NCBI GenBank assembly: GCA_002245135.1
Contig: NGBS01000586.1
Coordinates: forward strand, 124,001-188,000
DNA: 64,000 bases
Source of the DNA: Proteromonas lacertae
Lineage: Eukaryota
Reading direction: 5' to 3'
The position numbers were made by a program, and so were the translations under genes. This document shows positions 1 through 12,700 of the stretch, piece by piece (the first letter of the stretch is position 1; each line of letters begins with the position of its first letter). A model generated the notes under the pieces. It did not search any database and was not told where the DNA came from. It saw only the letters and a program-made list of their open reading frames with translations.

Positions 1-1012
1 TTTAGAATATTCTTTAATAAAAACATCAAATGTGAGTTGTTTATCAATTAAATAATCTCTTATCACTTTTAAGATAGATTTTGTTAAACTTCCCTATTTA
101 TTATATATATATTATACAGTCACTACATTTCTCGTTCCAATTTCTGTTTCCAGTACTTTTGGTAGTGAAGTTATTGTTTCACAATGTAATACCCATAAAT
201 ATACTGGATAATTGTTAAACTTACATATAGGATCATCAATACATACAAACCCTTTCTCTCTATATCTCATTATATCATCATCAGCTATATATGAATATTA
301 TTATGATTATTATTATTATACATGTTTGTAACTTTAAATCTATAATTGGTGTATCACATGTAGGATCTCTTTTTACATACAAGAATTTTCCAGAATATGT
401 TTTTACATAATTGTTGAATATATCTTTTAAAGCTACAAAATCTATTCAAAAAAAATAGAATAAGAATGTGAATATATATATATATATATATATACTTTCA
501 ACTATCAACTGTTTATCAACTTTCTTTGTTGTAACTTTTATATCAACAATTCTTTCTTTTAAAAATTCATTTCGGCAAATATAAGAATCAGAATTCTTCA
601 AACAATACCAAAATGAACCATTCTTTGACAAAAATCCACCCATTTTGAAAGCTGTTAATCTGTCTTGCAATTTATAAGGAATAAACTTCATTTCTCTATA
701 TTTTGATTCATTATTACCACTTGTAGCAAATCCAAATGATGTCACACATCTAAAAATCATTTCAATTATAAAAAAATATACCGTTTTATATCTCCAAATA
801 AATCACTACATTGAAGTCCTAAGAAATTTTGAAATTCAACCAATAATAAATCAGTCTTATTTCCTTTTAGTATTTTATATAAAAATACTAACTGATCTTT
901 TGTTAATGAGCTAAAGCCAAGGAATCTAACCATCTCACTATCGAATCTACTATAACTCATTACACTTGGTTTTACAGCCATACTTAATCGACGATACTCT
1001 TCAAAGAATCTA

Positions 1013-1052
<40 letters not shown>

Positions 1053-1655
1053 TAAATATACGGATAATCATCCCGTTTGGATAAGAAAAACTTGACTTCC
1101 AGACGGATTTTGTATAAGATTAACTTCATCTCATCTTCATCGTATAAAATGTAGTTCATAAACTCGGCATATGCTATTGTATTACTATTATCTGCATCTA
1201 TTAATTCGAATGCTAGTTTTGCATCATTTTCTGTAATTGTTAGTAAATCAGAAGCACCTAATAATATATCACTATCACTACATATATATACTAAAAATTT
1301 TAGGTAACATATTCTTAAACTCTTCACGGGTTATTGTTCCACTGTAATCTTCATCTGCTGTAAAAAATAAAGTTCTTATTCGCTCTTTAATCAACTCTAA
1401 TTCAGAAATCTTTTGGTTTTTATTCGCTTGCACTTTTTGTTTAATTACTTCTCGAATCTTGTGACCCAACTATATATTAATCATATCAACAAATTTATAT
1501 ACAACATCTGCTTTTATTTTACTCATATATGCTTTATCACTCTTCTCAATAGCGTTTAGTCTTCTTTCATTATTGAATACTACATCTTCTGTTAATTTAC
1601 TATCTTCATAGGGTGGTGGGAAATTAAAAGTAATGTCTTCTGGTGGCTTGAACAT
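1..1655 (-). CDS. EF-hand calcium-binding protein with MABP-like (beta-prism) repeats; multi-exon, runs off the window's left end
   Basis: EF-hand loops DEDYSGTITREE and DADNSNTIAYAE. Downstream exons carry IVDIKV, PIIDLKV and GFVCID motifs typical of MABP repeats. ORF pieces are joined by short GT-AG introns. Confidence 0.6.
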
Positions 1656-1836
1656 AATTAAAATTTAAAAATAGAAAAACAAACTTGTTTGAAATAATTC
1701 AAATCTATAATGAAAAGTATAACGAATCATTTCAAATGAATGGTATAGATGAAATATTCTCAAGAATTAATCTATTTTAATTATAATATTTGTAATAGAT
1801 AAAAAGAAGAGTAGAAAAAAGTAAAAATGAAGTAAA

Positions 1837-2236
1837 TGAAGGATATTTAGTTTGTAAAGCTTTAAAGAAATTTTAGTTTTGGTGTTTATTTTTGATGTTT
1901 TTATTCAATGGTTTTGCAACCCCAATTTCTTCTTCGTATTATAAAACAATGGGTGAAGAACGAGTAACTAAAAATGGAACATTTCTTACTTGGGTTGGTT
2001 CATTCAGTGCTTTATTTAATGCATTGGGTCGAATAATATTTGGAATATCAAATGATCATATTGGAGCGAAATACAGTCATATTTTAATGTCCAGTATTTG
2101 TTTGATTTGTTCATTTATGTTTTATTATTTGAATATAAACTGGTTATATGCTTGTGTCTGTATTGGTGGAATGAATTCTATTTTTCCAACTAGAACAGCG
2201 TATTATTTTGGTCAACAAAATTATTGTAAATTTTAA
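1837..2236 (+). pseudogene. MFS transporter fragment (oxalate:formate antiporter-like)
   Basis: ALFNALGRIIFGISNDHIG resembles MFS motif A. There is an in-frame TAG just upstream and only a few TM helices are present. Confidence 0.6.
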
Positions 2237-2378
2237 TTGTTATAGAAATAATTATGTGTATATATTGATAATTGAAGAGAGAAATAATTTCATGTAAATA
2301 ATCTGTAAAAAATCAACAAACTAATAATCAAACCTACTTCAAATTGAATAATTCTATTGGTTTATATTAAATCTATTA

Positions 2379-5055
2379 ATGAAGAGTGTTATAAGTATAA
2401 TTTGCTGTATTATATCTATTAGTTGTATTTATGTTGATATTGGTTATTCCAATATATGGTTTATTTGATAAAAGAGATATTTTCAAAACATCTGATGAAG
2501 TGAAAAAGAGAAAAGAATATAAAGCAACTGATGATGATGGTTATGAAACAATAAGGATATTACCCGATATACCGTTACACTTAAGTGATAGATACGGAGA
2601 TTATAGAAATAAATACTCTTTAATAATTACTAATGAAGCTATATATGTAGTTAGAAGAAGTTATGATTATTATTACAAATGGGTGTTTTTATATGAATCT
2701 GAAATAAATAATGTTAATGTTACTATAACTAATATAAATATAGATGAGAATAAATCAAAGTTTTTATTTAGTTCAAGGGAAATAGTTGATGGATGTGATG
2801 TAAATAATGGAAGAGATTACTCATATAAAGACTTAAAAGGAAAGTGTAGTGATAATAGTATAATAGAAGATGTATTAAATGACTTGAAAAGTGTTAATAG
2901 AATGAATATTACTTGTGAAGAAAAGAAATTATATGGTATAGTTATTGAAAATCGTTGTTCTTTAGATATGAATAGTAGATCATTTTTTATTTATCAGATA
3001 CGTATATTTTACGAATATTATTATGGTATAATAGAAAGCTTAAATGAAATACAATATAAGCTTAATAATATGAAAATAGGCACATATTCACCAGGAACTG
3101 AATTTTATTTAACTGCAAACTTAAATAATGGAAAGATTAATAAAAAGATTATAGCAATATTTAATGATAAATATCTTTCTTGTTCGTCTAATTATTATGA
3201 ATTTGTATATGAATACGAAAATAATACAATAATAAATGAAGGAAATTATACAAAAGTGGGAAGTAGTTGCTTTTTATGTCTAACTAGTGAATGTAAATAT
3301 ATATGTGAGGTAAATAACTATAATTATGATTGGAGTATATATGGCACAGAATGTTATATGAAAATATCTGATTTAAATGCTGTTGTTGATGATGCTATAA
3401 ATGAATTAATTTCATTTTCACAATTTTATTTTGACAATAAGGTGGACAAGAGAATATCTTTATTGAATGAAGATGAAAATAAAAATAGAGTAGAAAAACA
3501 AAATAAAGGGTATTACTATGAAGAATTGAAAGAATCTAAATATGATGAAAATGGTTTTTATAAAGGATATTTTCTTATTGACAATGAATTAACTGTAATA
3601 GAACAGCTAGGTAAAGAATATCAATCTGATGTAATACAATCAAAAATTGTAATAAAATTAGATCCAGAAACAAGTATATTAAATATTCTTATTATATAAA
3701 TAGAATCTGCTTATATAGAAGATATTAAAGATGAAAATGTAGTTGATCAAGAAAAGAGTGGAGTAGAACCAAAATATGATATTGGAGATGATATAAAATG
3801 TAAATCATTTATTCCATTAAAAGACTATTATTCAAAAGATTATAATTGCATGGCTAGTGTTTATTATAATAAAGATTATAAAATAGTAACTAATGATGAA
3901 GGAACAGAATTGATAATTGATAAATATAATAAATATCAATTGAAAGAATATGGTATTACCTTATTGATATTATATTCCTAATAGATTCATCTAAATTGCA
4001 TGAAATTGTAAATAAAATAACAAAGTTCACTAAACCCATTCTCGATCAATGTATTAAATATACAGAGAAAAAAGAAAATTCTAATAGAGAAAAGAATTAT
4101 ATTATATACAATGAAGTTTTATTTGAAGTTAGATATTCATTTGAAAGATATGTAGATTATGCTTTTATGTTAAAAGTACAAGATGAAACATATGGAAGTA
4201 AATATGGTGAAATGTGTTTTGCATCTACAAATGTTGATAAACAATGCACAGTAAATTATGAAGAATGTTTTTTTATGACAAAATATGTTGAATCAATTAG
4301 AAATGGTATTATAGACTGTAATACAAACTTAAAATATGATGCATTTACTTTATTAAAAGATAAAATTAATATAATAAACAATAAAATAGGGTTAAGTGAT
4401 GATTTACCAACTATAAATCCAACATCAATCACTCCAACATCTATAAAACCAACAACAGTCATTCCAACTACTCCAAAACCTATTCATACTATTTCCATTC
4501 AAATCAAAATATCCAATATTACATCTTCATCACAATCTGATTTAAGTGAAAATGATAAAAATATAATGAAAGAATCAATCATTCAAATATATAAAGAAAA
4601 GAATATAATATTAAAGAAAGAAGATATTGAAATAAGAATAGAAAATAAGAATATATTATTGAGAAGATTAAATAATGATTTGAATATTGAAGTGATAATC
4701 AAAACATCTGAAGAATCAATGAAAACAGATGTATTGAATATTGCTGAAGAATTGAAAGACAATTCAACTATATTAAGTAATGAAATCAAAAAGAATGTAG
4801 ATTCATCTTCAGAAGAAACAATATTCAAAGACTTTTGAAATGGAAATAACTAAAGTGGAAGATAAAACCAATTATCCAACTAATCCAATAGATAATGATG
4901 ATAAAGATAATGATAATAATAATGAGTTATTAATAGGAATCTTAATTGGAGTAGGAATAGCAGTAGTAGTGATATTTGTGGTATTATTAATAGTTGGATT
5001 TATATTATGTCGATCTAAAAAGAGTGAATCACATCCATCGAAATCTAGATCTTAA
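2379..5055 (+). CDS. Type I membrane/surface protein (signal peptide, Cys-containing ectodomain, Pro/Thr stalk, SEA-like region, one TM helix)
   Basis: ATG 2379 plus intron 2395-2422 gives MKSVIIVFMLILVIPIYG. Further introns lie near 3674-3703 and 3953-3985. PTT repeats and TM LLIGILIGVGIAVVVIFVVLLIVGFIL are present. An apparent 1-nt frameshift sits in a T-run at about 4835. Confidence 0.7.
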
Positions 5056-5336
5056 AATCAAGATGATAAAGATGTTTGAAGACTGAATAACACTGTAAAT
5101 TGAATATTTCAGTTATTTGTTGTGTTTTATGAGATTTATGATGCTTATTTTAATATCATATTAATCCATATTTAAGTCAAAAAATGCTCTATATAACTCA
5201 TATTAGATCTTTTTAATATTTGTTTTTCATTTAAACAACTTATGTAAATGCTGATAATTATATGGTCATTTAGAAATGTTATGATGTGTATTAATTAGAG
5301 ATGTGAACTCCCTTATCTTCTGTTGATAATTAGTAG

Positions 5337-5541
5337 TGAAGGATATTCAGTTTGTGAAGCTTTAAAGAAATTTTCATTTTGGTGTTTATTTTTGATGTTT
5401 TTATTCTTCGTATTATAAAACAAAGAATGAAAATTTTCTTACTTGGGTTGGTTCATTCAGTGCTTTATTTAATGCATTGGGTCGAATAATATTTGGAATA
5501 TCAAATGATCATATTGGAGCGAAATACAGTCATATGTTAAT
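5337..5541 (+). pseudogene. Second, internally deleted copy of the MFS fragment (direct repeat of 1837-2088)
   Basis: Near-identical to 1837-2088 apart from two internal deletions and a few substitutions. Confidence 0.8.
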
Positions 5542-5578
5542 ACAATAGATTAAATAAATATTTAATATATAATTTAAT

Positions 5579-7716
5579 TCATTCTTTCCAATAATCTATC
5601 AACTCTACAATATTTTGTCTAAAATCTGTAACAAAGGGGTATAAAGGACCAACAATATCTTTGAACAATAAAAGTTCACTATCATCTTTATATTTTATTA
5701 AAAACGTATTATCAACCATATTAAATATAAATTCATATGTTTCTTTTTCATTTTCTCGAAATTTTGAGAAACAACCAACTTTTTCACCATTTCCACCCCA
5801 AAGCCAAGAACCTCTTGTATCAATACCATAACAACATGATGATAATTCTTCATGTAAACTACTTCCTTCATATTTATCATCACTTGTTCCACCAAATATT
5901 ACACCACAAAAGTCACCATCTTCATTTATCTTGTATTTAAAATGATATATTCCTCCTTCAACCATTTTTACATTTAAGTAACAATGATAAGAAGCCCAAT
6001 CATGATAATGTTTTATTGTTTTACCTCTTAAACTAGTTATTATGATGTTTGGATGTTTATATTTAGTTGTGAAATGAACATCATCAACATGTAGTTTTAT
6101 CTTTCTAGTTATGGAATTAGTGATATTTTCACATTTTATTACATATTCTTTATTTTGTAATGGTATTTTACATCTCCCATAGATTATTCCGTTTAATTTA
6201 TCTAATACTAAACCATCTGGTAATTCAGGATTAATTGAAAAAACACAATTATCACCATCATAGCATGGTTTTAATTCTATTGTTTCATATATTATATTGT
6301 TTATTTCGTTTTCACAATATGTGAAATATGTTAATTTTTTAACTATTACAATTATATAAAACTAATATATAGATATATACTGTGTAAAAGTGATAAAATA
6401 TATTCATTCTCTATATTATCCTTTATATATTGCATTTCTTCTTTTGAAATAACAACATTTTTCTTTAAATGTTTAACTAATGAATAGATCTCATTATCTG
6501 ATAAATATTCATAGCAATTCAGTATATAAAATAATGTCATTCTTCCACATTCTTCTTCAATAAATGATGTATAATCATTCACAAACAATGTAAAACATTT
6601 TATTATTGTATTATTTAAAGTAGAATGTAATTTGTATTGTTGAATAATATTTTCCAATATGTTCTTTTGGTATAAAGCATAGTCTAAATCATATCTTATA
6701 TCAATTATTATAATTAAAACAATAATAATAACAACTAAATTTGAATTTGATAATAAGTCAATAAAATATTCATCTTTATTCTTTATTTCACTTAATGCAA
6801 TTATATCTTTTCTATCAATTGATAAAATAGAGTTGTAATCATTAGTATTAAGCATTTGGTAATATTTAACAATTATTCTAACTATTTCTGATGGAGTTTT
6901 ATCATTTATATTAATACATACCACATAATTCTGATTTTGATTTTTATTATTCATTAATGCATATTCTTCAATAAATTCTCTTTCTTTATCTGATAATAGT
7001 GATAAATCAATATTATTATAATTAATTTTACTGAATATGGAATATATAATTTCAGTTTCTTCTTTTTTATCATTTATTATTTGATAGAAATTTGATTCAT
7101 AATAATTGTAAAATAGTTCAAATAGTTTATTCTCTTTACCAATGTAAATGCTTTGATTAGATAATAAATACTCAACTGAATCTGTATCAAATTGAGTTAG
7201 AATATAATAATAAAACAATTTATAACTATTGAATCTCAAATATTCTTCAGTTATATATTTTAATTCTATCAAATATCTTGCATTCAAATATAATGGGCTT
7301 TTTATTATCTTTATTAAGAGTTTATCATTCATATGGTTTATTAAATACTTTTCACACGCTTTTAGTAAAATAATCTCATTATAAAATAAACTAATAGACA
7401 GTATATCAAGACAATTTGAATCGTTTATCATCACTCTTCCGCCACTATAAAATTTCTCTAATTCAATAACACCTATAAGTGTACATTCATCATATAATGT
7501 TAATTTTCCATTAAATTGAGAGTCTGTCACTAAATTATTAATTAATGGATTTGATCCACAGAATAATGCTTTATTTGTTATATATTCGGATTCTTCTACA
7601 ACAAGAAGTAGATCTCCATATCCTTTAGACACTAAATCTCGACATAATCTAAATAATTATATTAACAAATTTACATAATACCCATCTGTTGATATTTGTC
7701 TTACAACTGTTGTCAT
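5579..7716 (-). CDS. BTB/POZ - BACK-like - putative Ig (He_PIG-like) - SPRY/B30.2-like protein
   Basis: Introns 7649-7681 and 6343-6380. BTB-like N-terminus (GDLLLVV...KALFCGSNP...FYSGG...CEKYL), Ig-like FSINPELPDGLVLDKLNGIIYG, and SPRY-like C-terminus (GIYHFKYK...GPLYPFV). Confidence 0.7.
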
Positions 7717-7810
7717 TGTGAATTTCAGTCAATAATCTATTTGAAAAACAAAAATACAAAAATGATGTAAATTGTGGTAAAATACATGTAATTTGAGTTT
7801 TTAAAAATAA

Positions 7811-9535
7811 ATGAATAAAGACAAGCAAATAGAGGAAGAATTGAAGTACAAGAACTTTTATTGGAAAGGTAAGAGGATGGTAAAAGAAGCATTTGTGAAA
7901 GAAAAGGCAGAGTATACATTTTAAGACTTAAATTATAGTCCTTCCGAGTTGCCTTCTAAAATTGTAGAATTAGCTAAAGAAAAAGGCATAGAAGATTGCA
8001 TCAAGGGTTTTTTGTATTATTTATCTTATATCAAAATAGGTATGAAGAAGTACCACGAGAAGTTGTAAATAATATAGATAGATCAAAAGATAGTCTTGAT
8101 TATGTACAGGCTATGCAAATAGATTGGCAAAAAAGGTATAAATTCACTCATTTTCTAACTAATATTATGTAGTGTGAAAGAAGAATTACTGAGTTATGCA
8201 GCAGAACAGAAATTACCTTTAGCAAGTCAAAAAGATGGTGATAATAAAGAATTAAACCCAACAACAGAAGAACAATCCTATTTATTCGATTCTGATGATG
8301 TTTTAAACCAAATCGCATTAACAGTTCCTCCAAATTTAAAGACATCTGAAAGTGATATATCCAATAAAAGTTGGGGATTGGTAAAATGTGCTTTACGTAC
8401 ACCTAATTATGAAGAATTATTGAAACAATTTAAAGATATTTTACCACTTTATAGACAAGTATATATATATATATATTATTATTATTATTATTATATTGTA
8501 TTTTAGACTGGTTTAGATGATTCATTTAAGGAAGAACAATGGTTTTCAGTTAGACGACAGAATTTGGGTAATTCTCTTACCGACATAAAGTATATATATA
8601 TTTATATTATTTGTGTTTAATAGTTCTATACCAATGTTAAGAAAATATGCTAGAAGAGGAATTCCGTCTAATTTTAGACAAAAATTGTATTCATCGTTAT
8701 TAAGCTTAAATCTATCAGATTCAGTATATATAAATATACAATAATATATAATACTTAATATTTATAGACTCGTCAACAATATGAACAACAATTAGAATCT
8801 ATTCAAAAGCTACATATAGTAACAGATTATCTCTATCAAATGGATGCTTATGAGTGTAGTCAAAACGATCATTATTTTCCATTTACCGATATGATTGAAG
8901 ATTTAGTCACTTTACTCTCAAGAGATGAATATATTTATAAAAATAGCATTATTGTAGCACATGAAAGAATAGATGTAGAACTAGAGGATAGAACCACACA
9001 TACTCAAATACCAATTTGTGGAATATACCCATATAAAGGCTTTGCTTCCTTTGTTTTACCATTGTCATTAGTCTATAATAACCCTGGTGATATTTATTTT
9101 GTAGCTCGAGAGATGATGTGTAGATATTGGTGTAAATTACTGGCTATTAGATCTGATGATGGTTGCTTGATTAGTTTGTATAAGACTTTTGAAGATTTGT
9201 TACAATATAAGGAACCTGAGTTATTTTATAGAATGGTTCAATTAGGAGTACAACCGTTGACAATAGCGAATCAATGGATAAGTAATGCATTTGTTGGGTT
9301 CTTACAACCACGAGAAGTGTTATTATTATGGGATAGGATACTTGGATTTGACTCATTGTTGTTATTACCAATCTTGTCTGTCTCTATCTTTATGTTTAGA
9401 TCTACTTTTGTCCAAAAAGCATCCAGTGAATCAGAAATTCGTGAAATATTTTCTGATAACATAGAATTGAAAACTGTTCCTTTATTACAGTACTTCTTCA
9501 TTGATATGAAAGAAAAAACAAGTACAGACATATAA
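7811..9535 (+). CDS. TBC1D19: TBC-domain protein, TBC1D19-like; multi-exon
   Basis: C-terminal LLLWDRILGFDSLLLLPILSVSIFMFR and YARRGIPSNFR match TBC1D19-type TBC domains. Several short introns. Confidence 0.7.
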
Positions 9536-9761
9536 ATATGTATTTTTGATAATAATTAAGATAGTAATAAAGTAATATTAGAGACATTTTTTAATATTGT
9601 GGTATTCATATTAAATAAATGCTATGTACCAATTTAGAAATTCACTGTTTTGCATTTTAAATGGCAATTAATGTTTAATTAATTGCAGATCATTTGATAG
9701 AAGTATTTCGCTTCGAAAAAATATAGTCGTTACAATATCATTTTCGCCATTTGCATTTTTG

Positions 9762-12700
9762 ATGTCAGATACAGCTACAAGCCAGCCTTCTGCTCCAGAA
9801 GATAATACTGTAAATACTTACGAAATTGTAGTGGAATGTCCATTGAAAAAAGAGTACAAAATAACCTACGTAGAGAGATACGATACAATTCCAACTTTGA
9901 AGCATGCTTTGAATATCATTCCAGATTTATGTCATTATACATGCTACCACTTCGAAGTAAAAGTACCTGGATCCGACAAGTTTGTTGTAACTGATGATTA
10001 TACTGATTTGACTGAACTCCATGTTGTTAATAACACAAGATTCAAGATGATCTTGGACAATTACAATTTGAGTGAAGTAAAGCAACATATTGCTAATTTA
10101 CGTCAAAAATTGCGTGAACCACTCACAACAGCAATGGTTGATGCTACTTCCCTTGAAACACCAGAAGTTGTTCAACATTTTGCAAATAACCTTAGAAAAT
10201 ATGCAGAAGCCGTGGCAAAAGAAGAAGAAGAGAGATTAAAGAAATCAAAAGAAACTGAACCAGAAGTCAAGCCAGCAGAAAAACCACCAGTTGCTCCACA
10301 AGCTGCAAATGATGCACCTGCAGTAAATGTTAATGTACCAAAAGAGACCCCAGAATTCCCAGTCCCCAAACCAGAAGAGACCGTAAAAGATGATTCTAAT
10401 CCAGCAGCTAAATCAATCAAAGAAAAACAAGATGAAAAAATCGATAAAGAAGAATTAATCAAGAGCTTCAAGCAGCAAGATGAAAAAATGCCAGTTTTAC
10501 TCTCCAAAATCCCATTGACCAACATACCAGTAGTTCCAGACTTAACAAAAGTGTATTCTTCTTCATTTAGTACTGATGTAATGAAATCACTTGATAATCC
10601 AGTATGTTTGAAGAGTATCAGTCACTCAGGATGGAACCCCCCACCTCCAGAGAGAAGAATGTTAGGAGATTTACTATATCTTGACATTGAGACATTAGAA
10701 GGAGAAACATTCTTTGTTACTTGTACAGTAACTGGTTTCTATGTGAATAAAAGTAGAAAAGACTGTTTTGATCCAACTCCTTCAGCTAGGCCTTGTCATT
10801 CACCTCATTTACTTGGTTTATTGAAACAATTATCAGTACAATTCAGAAATCAGTATAAACTCTTAGTTCAAAATGAAAATGAAATTATGAGTGATAAAAC
10901 TAAAAACAATCTTTGGGATTCAATCTCAAAAATACCAATACCACATGTATTATGTACTGAAAATTGGTGTGTAGCAGCTCCCAGTGATGAAAAGGTCACA
11001 TTAGGACAATACCATGTATATGATCTAGATAGAGCAGAAGGTGAATTATTAAACAAATACAGCTTGGACAATCAAGCCAGTATAACTGATTGGAATGAAG
11101 AATATCAAATGGCAGTTGATTTACCAGATGAAGATGAAAAGACTAAAGAAAACCTTGAAGTTGGCAGAGCAAGAGTAATCTACAATTATGCTGTTAACTT
11201 TGCAAGTGCAGCTGTCAATGTAGTTAAAGGAATAATGGAAGGATCAATCATACCATTAAACCCAACAGAAACACCAGAAAACCACTTTTATTTATATAAT
11301 AATATCTTAGCAGTACGTATTTGTGATAGTAAAGGAATTTATGCTGATGTTGGTGGTGATGATGCTGCTTATGTAACAGCTAATCAAGATTTATTAGGTG
11401 TAAAAACAATCAATCGATGTGAAATTAGAAAGTTACATACTAGTTTAACCACCATTGTTGATTATAAAGGTAGAAGATATGTATGTCAAGGATTATTCCC
11501 AGGTTTATTACAACAAAACAATTTACACGAATATGGAACTTTAGATTTTGGTAATTCAATTGTAGTTGATGAAGAAAGTCATAAACTATTAAAAGAAACT
11601 TATCAAACCTTAGGAGTAGGTGATTGTAAGATTCATCCACTAGGAATTGATTCAGATAATAATACAGGAGGATTATCATTAGATGATGTAAAGATAAAAC
11701 CATCTGCTAAAGTATACACAAAGAAAGAAGATGTTGTAGATATTACTGGACCATTAGAATCAAAATTGATAAGAGGAAGTGATGGTAGAGATTATTTGAT
11801 TGATTTAACCAACTTAACACCACGTGATTTATTATGTATGAAAGAAAGAAAAGATAAGAGTTTACCAAGTGAAATTGTAATGATTAGAAATGAAGCAATT
11901 CAACATTATTATACTCATTTATATGAAGTAGCAAGAGCAGAAGCTGAGAAACAAGCTGAAGAACAAAAGAAAGATATTCAATTCCCATTACCTACTTTAG
12001 AATTGAACTGTAATATTGGTGGTAAGAATGAATTAGCTGATGATGCAGAAAAGATTAAAAAAGATACTGAAACAATTGAAACTATCTGTAAATATGTAAG
12101 AGAAACTACAATTCCTGAATTAGTAACTGCTTTATTAAATGGTGAAATACAATGTACTGATAGTGTTAGTTTATGTACATTAATGCATAACAGAGGTATT
12201 AATATGAGATATTTAAGTTTAATGTCAAAACAATTTGCTAATGGAGAAATGAAAGATTTTACTATTAGAGCTAAATACTTTGTAGAATTATGTGAAACTG
12301 AGATGATTTGCAGATCTGTTAAACACTTATTAAGAGAATTATACAATATTAAAGGCGTTTCTGATGCTCCAGCTTTCATGTTATCTGAATTATTAAATAT
12401 TATCTTTGGAACTCCAAGTGATAAAGGTGAAAAGATTGATTCTGTATTACCATCTATCTTAAGTGAATCAAATACTAAATCTCAAGGTAAACATAAGAGA
12501 GATATTAATTTATCTATTGTTTCTAATAACATAGCTAAGTTTGTAGAACCAGGATTATCTACTTACACTCCTCAACAAATATGGTCTAAGATTGAAGAAA
12601 GAATTAAATTACATTTCGATTATCAATTAAGATTATTCACTAATCCTTATACTAACAAACCAGAAACTTTAGTTTATGGTTATACTCAAAAATTAGCTGT

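Noticed and set aside
1018..1050. (TA)n and (TAT)n tracts giving YIYIYI peptides in the ORF track
   Set aside because: These are intronic microsatellites, common throughout the window and not coding.
4830..4845. TGA readthrough, programmed frameshift or alternative genetic code
   Set aside because: The downstream ORF is in another frame, and removing one T from the T-run restores DFEMEI. TGA ends other genes normally. A homopolymer error is the simpler explanation.
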